Below are positions 21,322 to 33,540 of a DNA stretch of 64,000 bases, in pieces. The stretch spans positions 1 to 64,000 of the IMG/VR virus record IMGVR_UViG_3300045988_177920; one strand, written 5' to 3'. The position numbers were made by a program, and so were the translations under genes. The DNA is from a virus. Under the pieces are notes generated by a model. That model searched no databases. It saw only the letters and a list, made by a program, of their open reading frames with translations, and was not told the origin of the DNA. Numbering within the stretch: position 1 is the first letter of the stretch; every line of letters starts with the position of its first letter.

Positions 21322-24177
21322 ATGATCATGAGTATAGACTTAACATAGTTAACATATAATTCTGGTAATAATTCTGAAGCCCTAAAACAAAAGGCTTTGT
21401 AGGAAGGGCTTCTATCACCTGATATTAAGCGCCCAAGTGTTAAAAACCCGATTAATTTTGGTGGTATAGTATAGGCTACTGCAGGACCTGCAAGTGCTTT
21501 AATTGGAAATGCTTTATCAGGAGGTCTTAATTCTGGAGTGGGAAGTGCTTTATAGGGATTAGGTAGTATAGCAAGTGCTATCCCAGGACCATGGGGGGCA
21601 GTAGCAAGCGCAGGCTTAAATGTTCTTGGTGGGATATTTAATAGGACAATAGGTGCTAAATTTAACGATAAGAATATAGCTAATATTTAGTCAGGTATAG
21701 ATGCTGCTAGAGGATATTAGCTAGACAGTAACATGAGCTTAGATTAGTTAGCAAATGAAATATCTTCTTCAAATCAAGCTATGGATTTTACTAATAAATA
21801 CGTAGGAACTGATGGTTGGTTTTCTAATAAAGTTGCTAAGAAAGCAAATGCTTTAAGACAAGCTTAGGATACTGCTTTTGCTTGGCAATCAAATGTTTAG
21901 GATAATGCAATACGTAATGCAACAATGAATAGTAATTAGTAGCTATAGTCAACATTTGCATATGGAGGTGGGATTAATATAAAACCCTCAAAAAGAGGTA
22001 CATTTACGCGTGCTGCTACAAAACATAATATGGGAGTGCAAGAGTTCGCAAATCATGTTTTAAATAATAAAGAAAACTATAGTAGTGCTATGATAAAAAA
22101 AGCAAATTTTGCTAAAAATGCTGTAGGATGGAAACATGCTTTTGGCGGTGACTTAATGACTAATGGAGCAGATTTTAGTAACGGAATATATTATATAGAT
22201 GAAGGTGGGACACATGAATAGAACCCAAATCAAGGAGTTCTTATGGGAATGACTTAGGATGGAACCCCTAATCTTGTTGAGGAAGGAGAAGTTATTAAAA
22301 TGACAGGAGGATAGCCTGATTATGTATTTCCCCATAGATTAAAATTATCTGTAAACAGACTTAAGGATTATGGAATAAAAAGTAAAAAAGCAATGCCTAT
22401 ATCTGAGGTTGCTATGAAAATATCTAAGGAATCTGAAGAAAGACCTAATGATCCTATTAGTATAGCTGGCAGAGAACATTTTCTTAATATGTTAATACAG
22501 GATACTGAAGAAAAAAGACTTTAGGAAGAATAGAAAAAAATGCGTCAAGCTTATAACAATATGACTCCTTCACAATAGGCAGAAGTACTAATGGCAGCTT
22601 AGCAACAATAGCAACAAGAAGCTTATAATTAGGAACTTGCACAGCAAGAATAGGAGCAACAACAGCAACAAGAAGGTTTACCTATATATTCAACATAGTT
22701 TGCTCAAGGTGGACATGTGAATTTATTTAAGGGTCCTGGAGATAAACCACAGTGGTTAAATGGAGTACAAAATATAGTTAATAATGTACTACAAACATTA
22801 TCCCCACAAGAATTTATAAAAACATATTATTCTAGGTATCCTGGAGGTGCAACTGCTAAATATAACTCTAATATATATGGAGATTGGAATAATTTTTAGT
22901 TTAATGGGGAACATCTGTATAATCCATAGACTAAACAATATGCTAATATATACAAGGATCCTAGATTTATTAATTGGTTAAAATCTGACGAGGGATTACA
23001 ATATGCAAAAGATTGGTGGGGAAATCCTAAGAATGCTTAGAATTACTTTTTAAGAAATAAAATAGCACCTACAATAGATGAATTATTAGGTAAAAACGGT
23101 GGAATAGGTTTAATGTATGATGCTCCAACAGGTAATACTTCTGCCTTTTCTGATGCACATAAATATGGTATGGATGCTCTAAAGTTTTGGTATAATAAAC
23201 TAAATCCACAGAAACAGGCAAAACCTAAATATGGTGATAGATATTATACATATACTTTAGATTAGCATGGTATGCCTTAGACTGCTTTAATTAATGACTA
23301 TAATACATGGTCTAAAGATCCTAATAATAGTAACTGGTTATATGATCCTTCTAAAACAAAAACAGGAGTTGTAGATGGAGATACTACATACACAGACCAC
23401 TATTTTATACAAAAACCTGCATCTTAGGAAAGAGATAATGCCGAAGTAAATCCTATAAAAAGAAGACCTGAGTGGTTAAGATATGCATCTGGTTTAGGAC
23501 TAGCTGCAGGAACATTAACTGATTTCTTAGGAATTACAAATAAACCTGATTATAGTAATTTTGCTGATATAAATGCTTCATTAAATAATAGTAGAATATA
23601 TCAACCTGTTGGATTTAATAAAACCTATAATTACCTTCCTTATACTCCTATTGATATTTAGTCTGTAGCTAATCAAATTGAAGCATAGTCTGCAGGAACA
23701 CAAAGAGCAATTATTAATAATAGTGGTATGAATAGAGCATCTGCTTTGGCAGGAATACTTTCAAACAACTATAATACAATAGGTGGAATAGGAAATGCTA
23801 TTGCATAGGTTAACAAAGAAAATCTATAGAATAGAATTGAAAGTGTCAAACAAGCAACTACTACAGATCAATTCAATTCATAGGGATAGTTAGATGCGGA
23901 TAAAGCTAATCAAGCAGCCCCTAATGCTAATAGATGGGAATACACTAAGAATCTACTAGCTGCTGCTGAAGCAAAACAAAAAATTAAAGATACTTCAGAT
24001 GCAGCAAAAGTAGCTAATCTATCAGGGCTTCTTAAATTTATTGGTGATCTTGGTTATGAAAATATGAATAGAAATATGATGGCTGGATTAATAGAATCAG
24101 GAGCCTCTGTATCTGATGATGTTCTTAAATATTGGGGGTATAATACTACTAAAAATAAAAACAAACAAAATGGATAA
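21322..24177 (+). CDS. large virion protein (951 aa) with a Gly/Ala/Ser-rich N-terminus and a poly-Gln tract
   Basis: ATG 21322, TAA 24175-24177, all codons read. It contains track ORFs 22030..22221 and 22717..22899. In the Q-rich tract at 22573-22674, TAG alternates with CAA/CAG. Confidence 0.65.
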
Positions 24178-24179
24178 TT

Positions 24180-25331
24180 ATGTATTTAGTAATAGATAAT
24201 AATTTTAAACCACTTTCATTTGATGATTTATATAAGCCTTATGGTAAATATATAGAATCATATGAAAAAAACTTGGATAAATAGGAAAAACTTCTTGAAT
24301 CTTCCTCTAAACTAGGAATGTTAATTGATTAGTATAGAGACCCTGTATAGTATGCTCAGTTGTAGGATTACAAAAATAGGCTTTTAAGCTATGCAGATGC
24401 TATGGCTAATGGACAAACTAGAAGAATTGTACGAGATATAAATTAGGCAAGATTAGATTATGCCGGAACCTTTAAACCTATGGAAGAACTAGCATAGAAA
24501 AGGGAAGAATTGGCTAAAGAACAAAGAGCGTTAAGGGCTTCGGGTAAAAGAGGTGTATACTTTGATAAAGATTATGGTACAATGTCCCTTTCAGATATGG
24601 CAAGAAGTAATGCTACTTATAATACTATTAAAGGTGAGGATTTATATACTGCAGCATTATAGTTTGCTAATTCAGAGTCTGGTAGGCATTTTATACATAC
24701 TATGCAAAAAGCAACAGGGGATCTTGCAGGGTATTTTTTTGAAAATACACAAAGAAGAGGATATACATCAGATGAATTATAGCAATTGATTAATACTGCG
24801 AATAAAAATTCAGAATTTGTTAAAGCTAGAGATAGAATACTTGATGAGTTTGGAGTTAAAAGTTTAAGTAAATAGGATTAGAATAGAGCTTTATAGAATA
24901 TAATATCTGGATTTCTTGATAATAATGCGTATGCACAAAGTACTTCTTATTCTGAAGATCCTACATTCTCACGTAATATGCAGGCAGCTTAGTTAGCAAT
25001 AAATTAGAGATAGATGAGTCTGCAAGAACATCAATATAATGATAATCGTTTTAACAGAAGATTAGTAAAATTAGAAGATTTATCTGGTGTTAAAAATGTA
25101 GAAGATATTAAAAAGACATTATCTGGTATGAAAGTTCCTTATTTTGAAGATGAAATTGTTGGATTTGATGGTAGTACAACAAAAAGATCACCATATGTTA
25201 TTGTATATGGTCCTGGTAATGATCTTAGTAGATCTTTTTATTATACTACAGATGGAAATCTTATTCCTATTGTTGCTAGCAATGCAAAAAACAGTAGTTA
25301 GAACAATAGTTAGAGTGGATCAACTGATTAA
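24180..25331 (+). CDS. virion protein (383 aa)
   Basis: ATG 24180, TAA 25329-25331, about 19 in-frame TAG. It includes track ORF 25014..25301. Confidence 0.55.
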
Positions 25332-25343
25332 TAAAAATTAATT

Positions 25344-28300
25344 ATGAGTACTTTTTATAATACAAATATAGATATAGCAGAATATAATAAGTGGGCTAAT
25401 AAATATGCAAATGATATACGCAATTTATCAGAGGAACAAAAGAAGAATGCATTTTTAAGGTACCAATATAGAATGAAGCACGGTGAAAGTGCATTAGGGG
25501 CTTTTGACAAAGCTAAAACTTTTGATGAAAAGGTTGCTTTATATAATGGATAGCAAAATATTAATTAGGTTCAACAATCAACTTCTAATACTTCCTAGTA
25601 GTAGACTGTTACTCCTAGTAGAAATAAGGGCACTTCAGCAACATTTTCAAACTCTGATGGCAGCACCTATTCTATTGCTTCTTTAGGGGAACCTGTAGAT
25701 GAAGAAATGGTTAATCCTGCTTTAAAAGCAAAATCTCCTTTTAGTTTAATAAATCCCTATTATCAAGGTGATTTAAATAATACTCTTGGAATAGATTATA
25801 ATAAGAAGATAGACGAATATCAACAGGTTACTTAGTAGTTAGAAAGTATAGGTAGTATTGATGCGCTTTTTAAAGATCCTGATATATTAAAAAATCCCGA
25901 TGCGGTTAAAAAGATAGCTTTATTGTATCGTAGAAAAGACACATTAGAAAAAGAAATCTAGGATGCAATGGCTATAAATTAGGCAATTGCTGATAGAAAA
26001 TTATCTGTAAATCAGCCTAAAGATATTTACATAAATCCTGAATAGGATGTTTATATAGGGAAGGACGGTAAATTTATTTTTAGTCCACATGCAGATAATG
26101 TGTATAAAGTTGGTAAGAAAAACGGTAGAGTCGATCCAACAAGTTTATTATAGAGTTTAGAATAGAAACATGCAGAAGATGTTGGTAATGCAATTGCAAT
26201 AGGTGTTGGTAGTAATGATTATAATCCTTATGCTACTTCTGTTTATGCATCTGCAAGAAAATCAGATTATGAAAGTAAAATAGCAAATGCAAAACATAAA
26301 AAAATTAAAGACTTAACTCCTAAAGAGTTTGAGGATTACATAAAGCAATATTCTGATTATAATACTACTTCACACGTATTATCTAATAAAGAGGCTAATC
26401 AATACAAGAAAAAAGCTGAAAGTAAATGGGAAGCATATTATAATCAAAATATTAAAGAAAAACAAGAAAAATTACAATATGTAAAATCAATAGCTCAAAA
26501 GACAGGATGGTATAGAAAAACTAGAGATAAAAAACTTGCAGAAGCTGCAATTGATAATAATACGTCAAATCCTAAGATTAAAGATTGGATGACCAGTGAA
26601 GACTATGATAAAGTATTGTATGCTTATACGGAAGCTTATGATGCAGCTCTAAGTCATGGTCTTTCAGAAGCAGAAGCAGAGGAGGCAGGGAAAAAAAGAA
26701 TTGCAGAAGAAGTAGAAGCCGCTGCATATAGAGATATGCCCTGGTATGAATAGTGGGGGCATGCCACTGTTTAGGCAGTTGACTCAACTATAACAACTGC
26801 TGCTTCTGTTGCTGGTATGGTAGGTTCTGCTCTTAATCCAGTCAATTGGTTTAGTGGAGAGTATGGTTATAGAGTTATGCATAATCCTTTATCTGAATGG
26901 GCTAGTGAAAAGATGGAGAAAGGTTTATTCACTTCTGATGAAGAATGGGAAAAATATGGTATAAATGCCTTTGCTAATCCCGATGATGTTACAGATTATA
27001 GTATAAGTAATTTCTTTACACATACACTGTCAGAAGCTTGGGGTCAAGGTGGTTTTACTTGGGGTTCTGCATTAGGAGGCAGAGCTTTAGGTTTAGCAAC
27101 TAGATATTTATCTAAAGGGGTATCTACAGCATTTAAAATACCCACTAAAATACAAAAGATGGCTGATATTGCAAGTAAAATCGAAAAACTTGAAGGTGCT
27201 GAAAAAAGATTTGCTAAAATCTAGAATAGAATTAATAAAGCTGAAAATCTAGTACATATTACCATTCCTGGAATTATTGGTACTAATGAGGGAATTATAG
27301 AAGGGCTACAAACTGAAAAAAATGTTCTTAGAGACGGTTATTCTGAATTAACAGATAATATATTAGGGTACTTACAGTAGAAGTAGTTTGATATTATTGG
27401 ATTACAAGAATAGGCTAAAAAAACTGTGGGCAATGACCCTGAAAAACTTGTTAAATATTACCTTAGTTTAGTAGAAGCCGGAGTTAATGGCGGGGATGAT
27501 CCAACATATTATAATATGTTTAAAGATGTTAAAGCCCAAATTGAAGATGCCGCTGCAACTGCAGGAACATAGAATCTTATGATGAACTCTATGATTAATG
27601 GTCTTTTTCATACATTAACTTCTGCAATGTGGACAACTAAACGTACTTAGGAAGCTTTACGTAATACCAGAGATGCAATTGCCAGAAAAGTGGGTAAAGT
27701 TAGCCCGAGACTTGAAAGGGTAATATCTACAAAATAGAAATTTATAGCTACAGAAGCTGCAGAAACAGGAAAAGCCGTTGTAAAACCTATTACTAGGTGG
27801 TATTAGCCTTATACAAGTTTTGCTAATGGTGTTTTAGGAGTTGCAATACCTGAAGGCGCTGAAGAGTATTTATAGTCTATCTCAGATGCTGCTGCTGAAG
27901 GAGGCGCAATGGCTAATATCCATTAGTTTATGAAAGAACGTTATAATGGTGGGTCTCCTGTTATTGGAGAAACTTTTGGTATAGAATGGGCAGCCGCAAG
28001 AGAGGCAGCTACTAATGCTATGGTTGACCCTGAATCTTGGAAATAGGCGTTTTATGGTGCATTAGGTGCTTTAATGCCCTCTCCCTTTTTAGGTCTTCGT
28101 AGTAAATATGTGTCTTATAAAACTGACAAAAATGGAAATCTTATTAGAGGAAAAGATGGTAAATATGAAACTACTATAAAATTATGGAATAGAAAAAATG
28201 CTGTAGATAGGGATGGTAATGTTATTAAAAATGAAGATGGCACTACTAAAAAAGAAAGTATCTTAAAAACTATTGCAAGAGCAGTTCCTTTTCAAAGCAA

Positions 28301-31300
28301 TGCTGTAATGCATTATAAAAATGTCCAGCAAAGAGCATGGGATAGAATTTCCTAGGCTAAAGCTATAGAAGATTGGATAAATGAAGATGAAAAGCATCTT
28401 GAGATGTTTAAGTCTATATAGGGAATTATTTCTGCAGGTGAAATCATAGAAATGTCAGAAAACTATGGTGCAGGTATGGAAAGAAGGGATGCTTTATTTA
28501 GAGGGCTTGTACACTCAGCACTTATGATCTCATAGTTAAAGGGCACTGCATATTATGATAGTACTATGCAGTTGCTTAAAAATATGTCATATGGAGAGAA
28601 TCTAACAGATGAATAGAAAGAGAAATTAATATAGTCTATAGCAGATCCCTCAATGTCTAATGAAGATAAATTAAAATTGGCTACAGATCGTGCTTCCTTT
28701 GTATTAGAAATGTTAGAGCAAATTGATGGTATAAAAGACAGTTTAGAGAAGCAATTAGGTATTCTAACTCCTGATTAGGCTGCAGGATTAGTTTATGGAA
28801 AACTTTCTAATGAAAACTTTAAGTATCGTCATAAGCAATTAGAGGATAGGATTAAAGATATTGCCTCATCCAAAGAGTTTACAAGTAGTAGAGCTAACGG
28901 TGTAAACACTCAAGAATAGGTTGATGATCTTGTTAAATATGGTAGCAAATCTATAGTAGATGCAAAAACTGCAGAACAAGAAAAAACATTAGAGAAGAAA
29001 CAAGAAGAATTAAAGTCTCTTAAAGAAAAATTAAAGTAGGAAAAGTCTAAAAAGAAAGTTGATAGAAAAGATACTTCAAAAATAAAAGAAGATATCACTA
29101 AAATTGAAAGCGAGATCTCTAATATAAATAAACAGTTAAAAATACTTAAAAATAGAAAATCTGCTAATAGTGATGAAATTGTTCTTAATGAATAGGAAAT
29201 AATGAGTCTTCCTGCAGTGCAAAGAGCAATGCTATTAAATTCAAATCCAAGCAATTTTTCTGAAGAACAAGCTAGAATTATAGAAAATGTTAAAGCTCAA
29301 GGTAAACTTATAGATCCTGAGTTTGATGATATTGTTAAGGATTCTGCAGTATTATTAAACAATATAAGAAGGTCTATGATAGAATATTCACTAGCTCTTA
29401 AGAATCCTACTATAGTTAGTGAATTAGGAACTAGAGAAGCACGTATTGCTCAAGCTCAATACAGACAACTTAGGTATGAATCTATAGCTAAAATATCTAA
29501 TTATGAGGATTGGGTAGCCGCTGTAAGAGAAGCAGAATCTAATTCTGATGTGGATCAAGTAACATTACAAAGAGTATTAAAATCTATAAATCCAAAATTT
29601 TATGAAAGGTATAAAGAAGGTAGAGATGATTTACTTACTATGATGTCTCTTATAGCTAATGATCCTTCCCTCGAAACAATAGATGATAGACAACAAGAAT
29701 TATTATATAATACTTTAGAGTTTTTAAGAGCTAAAGGAATTAGTCTTACTAATAAAGATGCTGTAGTTAGTGCTTTATCCGAAATTAATGAGGAAACAGG
29801 AAAAACATTAATTCAAGAGTATATTGAATAGGCAGATGAAAATATACAAAATGAAAATGAAAAGATGGGATTTGATTCTTTAGAAGAAATATTTACTATA
29901 TATAACGCTGTAGTTGATGCCTACCAAAAGGAAATAGAAAGAAGAGTTAAAGAAGCAGAAGCAAATAAACCACTACAAGACCCTGTAAATAGTAAAGAAT
30001 CTAAAGATGTTGTTAAAAACAAATCTAGAAAACAAAAAGATAGAGAATATAAAAAAGCAAAGAAGGAGAATGAGAAAGCAAAGAAAAAGAAGAAAAAAGA
30101 AGAATTAGAACAAGCCGAATAGGAGAAACAATAGGAAAAACAAAATCTAAAAACAGCTCGTACCTTTATCTATAATAAAATAATTACAAGTAGAAAGCTC
30201 AATGATTAGCAAAGAAAGGACCTTACAAAGGTATTTGATGAATCTCAAGTAGGACATGAAACTGAGGAAAGCCTTTTATAGACATTAAGAAATCAAGCAA
30301 ATAAACTTATTTCTGATAATGAAGAAGGTACTGCAGAAGCATCTAATGGGCAGGCTATTCTAGATATTTTAGATTCTTATGATGATTATAAAGAATCTAG
30401 AAAAATCTAGGAAAAAGCTAATCAAAAAGAGGAAGTAAAAAAATCATTAGCTAGAAGAGTTTTAGAGAAAATAAGTGGCAGTTTAAGACAAGCATAGATT
30501 GATACAATGTTGGATAAAGAGGAAGATGCCGTTGATATAAATAATAGAAGATGGCTAACTACTCAAGATGATTTTGTTGAAATCTCGAGATTGGCCAATT
30601 CCTCTACAATGGTGGGGCTGTCCATGGAAGAATATATTAATTCAGGAAATGCCTCTCCATCAATGCAACAATATTGGGAGGATAATGAGGTCACAAAATA
30701 TCTATAGGAACATTCTGATGCTATTCATGGTAAGACTATATATTTCTATTCTCCTAGTGCTATTACAGAGCGTAGAAAAAATAATATTGAAGAGCTGGAT
30801 GCTCCATTAGTTGCTATTATTGAAGATGAAAATGGTAAAGTAGTACTTGAAACAAAAGACGGTCCTAAACATTTTTAGCCTATAGCTATAATGCCAAGTT
30901 CTTTTAATTCTACATTAAGTGCTGCAAGAAATACTAAAATGAAGGTTGGAAATTCCTATGGAATAGGAAGGTCTTTTTATATAAGAAGGAATATTAAAGG
31001 TACTGATCAAATTATATAGGATGAAAACGGTAAAAATATTACTAGTGTTATTAAGAAAATTTCTTCAACAAGACGTGTAATATCTTTAGGCTCTAATTAT
31101 ACTCCTTCCTCAAATAGAGTTGTTAAAGAGTTATAGTTAAAAGATCCTAAGTTTGAAAATAAAACTATAAGAGAAATCATGAAAAGTCCCGAATATTTAA
31201 AGGCCAGACGTGATTTTATTGATAGTTATGTTAGAAAGTATCCTACAGGAGAGGAAACCACTGATTAGATAAAAGCTATGTAGGCCCGTTCATTTAGAAA

Positions 31301-33491
31301 TGAAGGTGGGGTAGATGAAGGATTACATGATTTTACCAGAATAGATGAAGCTAGAAGCAAATATACTGATAAATCTCTGGCTGAAGTTGTTGAAGCAATA
31401 TTAAATGATCCTGAAGCTAATTATGATCAGTTATATGCAGGATAGGATGCAGAAGATGGATTTAATAGTAGAGCCACCTATATAGGGAAAAGGATTCAAG
31501 AAACATTTAAAAATGTTTTTAAGTTCAACTCTTTATTAGGTATGAGTTAGACTCAATAGCAAGAGAAACTTCAAGAATATGAGAAAGCACTTACTAGAGC
31601 ATTTGTAAATGCAAATGGTATATTCTTTAATCCAACTTTATATTCTTTTAAAATTTTAGTATAGGAAGTTGGAGAAGGAGAAAATAAAAAAGCATAGGCT
31701 ACAATCTTTCTTATAAATAACTCTAAACAACAAAGTAAAGTTTTAGCTACAGTAGAAGAGGGTGAAATATCAGATAAAGATACTGCCAAATTAATGGCGA
31801 ATTTCTTTTATAATGGAGGCTATTTAAACAGTGAAGGAAAGGAAGTAAAAACTCCTGAAGGAACTGAAGCCAAACCATTAATTGAGGGAGTAAATTGGCA
31901 GTTAGATGATAAGGAATTAGCTCCTTTTGCAGCAGGATATACAGCAAAAGATAAGAAAGAAATAGATCATGCTAGAAGTTATTTAGCACGTGCTTACGAT
32001 GATGGCCTTTTAGGAGAAAGAGATAATAAGATTGAAGTTAATGTTTCTTCAGTATAGTTAATGGCTCCTGAGGGCAGTGATAAAATACAGCAAGATACTT
32101 CTATAAAAGTAACAAATAAAGATAATGCAGAATCTAATTCAACCAGTTCAAATGCAGCGTCTACAAAGAATGGTTTAGTAGATTCTGATACAGGAGCTTC
32201 ATTGGATGGGCATAACTCTTAGTAGGAAGAAGCAAGATAGTTACGTGAATAGCAAAAAGCATAGTAGGCTTTTGAAGCATTAAAAGAAGAGGCTAAAAAT
32301 TGGGCACTTTCAGAGAGTCGAAAATTCTATGAAAGAAATGGTAGTAATCCACATGCAAGAGTTACTTCAGTAATTGCAGCAGATAGGTTTGCTGAAAGAG
32401 ATAAAGATGGTAAACCTAAAAGATTTGATGAAGAAAGTTCTTGGGCAATCCCTAGTTCAGCAGTTGGTAATGCTGTTGATGCATTTTTAAGAGATGTTTT
32501 TGAAGGAGTATATGATGGTTTATCCGAAACATAGCTTCAAGAAAAATTATCTAAACTCCCAATTGCTCAATATTCAGAGTGGAGAAATCTGTATAATTAT
32601 GTTTCAAATTTTAGGGATAATCTTATTAGAAATGGTTATCATTTTGAATCTATTGGCTTTACTGTAAATGGTATACTTCCTGTATATCAAAATGGTAAGC
32701 AGATAGGAACACTTCCTGTAGCAGGAACATTGGATTTAATAGCTTATGATGCAGAAGGTAATATTATTATATTTGATTTTAAAACTCATCATAATTCTAA
32801 TATATCAGAACTTAAAGGTAAATGGGCGAGACAAACTTCTGTATATAAAACTTTAATACAACAGTTTTTAGAATCTAAAGGTATTTAGGCTAATTTTGCA
32901 AAAAATAGTTTAAAGATTTTCCATATACATTCTGACTATGATACTGCTAAAACTAATAGCTATAAGATAGCATAGAATGGTACTTTAATTTATAGACAAA
33001 ATGAAAGTACTCCGTATACTGAATATAAATCTACTAGGTTTAAAGAGGCTGGGGAAATAAGTATAGCTGAAGTAGCTTCATCAATTTAGTTTGATGATTT
33101 ATTAGAAGAAGAAAAGGCATTAGTTAAAAGAGATGATAATGAACCTCCATCACCTCCATCACCTCCAAAAGGCCCTGAAAATAACGGTCCTGAAAATACC
33201 GGACCTCAAAATACCTCTAATACTGAAAATACAGAAGAAACACCAAAAACAACTTCAAGTAGAAGAGGAAGAGGAATGGTTAAAAAACAAAGAGGAGGTT
33301 ATGCAACTACAAATGCTTTAAATGACCATGTAAGTCTTGAAATAGGAACATAGATTTCCGGTGAAGGAACTGAAAAAATGAAACAAGAAGCACAAGAAAA
33401 GCAAGAAAAGATAAAAAAACTTGGAATAAATGAAGAGGCGTTTTGTTAGTTAAGTAAGGCATCACAAGAACAATTAATGGGATGTGCATAA
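25344..33491 (+). CDS. giant virion / ejected-cargo-like protein (2715 aa) with a C-terminal PD-(D/E)xK nuclease-like domain
   Basis: ATG 25344. I read all 2715 codons and found no TAA/TGA until TAA 33489-33491. It fuses track ORFs 25344, 26817, 28074, 29202, 29865, 30507 and 31794. AGTLDLIAYDAEGNIIIFDFKT (about 32724-32786) and QTSVY (32832-32846) fit the RecB/Cas4-type D...(D/E)xK...QxxxY pattern. Confidence 0.7.
33144..33215 (+). repeat. in-frame short tandem repeats encoding a Pro-rich linker
   Basis: cctccatca x2.5 encodes PPSPPSPP. It is followed by three roughly 15-nt units, ggNcctgaaaataNc, encoding GPENNGPENTGPQNT. Confidence 0.7.
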
Positions 33492-33496
33492 ATAAT

Positions 33497-33535
33497 AAAG
33501 GCGAGAGTTATTAACCCTCGCCTTTACTTTTTTAT
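33497..33535. terminator. bidirectional terminator at the convergent junction
   Basis: Stem aaaggcgag / ctcgccttt (33497-33525) has T-runs on both strands (acttttttat on +, tttattattt on -). It lies between stops at 33491 (+) and 33541 (-). Confidence 0.6.
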
Positions 33536-33540
33536 AATTA

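Noticed and set aside
33144-33215. Short direct repeats could be a CRISPR-like or regulatory array.
   Set aside because: The units are 9 and 15 nt, contiguous with no spacers, and in frame within a long ORF encoding a Pro-rich linker.
33133-33321. Out-of-frame track ORFs inside the giant genes (33133..33321, 30568..30810, 25144..25341, 25504..25686, 24553..24789, 20450..20644) could indicate frameshifts or overlapping genes.
   Set aside because: The main frame continues through each of them without TAA/TGA, and their peptides are repetitive or hydrophobic, as expected for alternative-frame artefacts.
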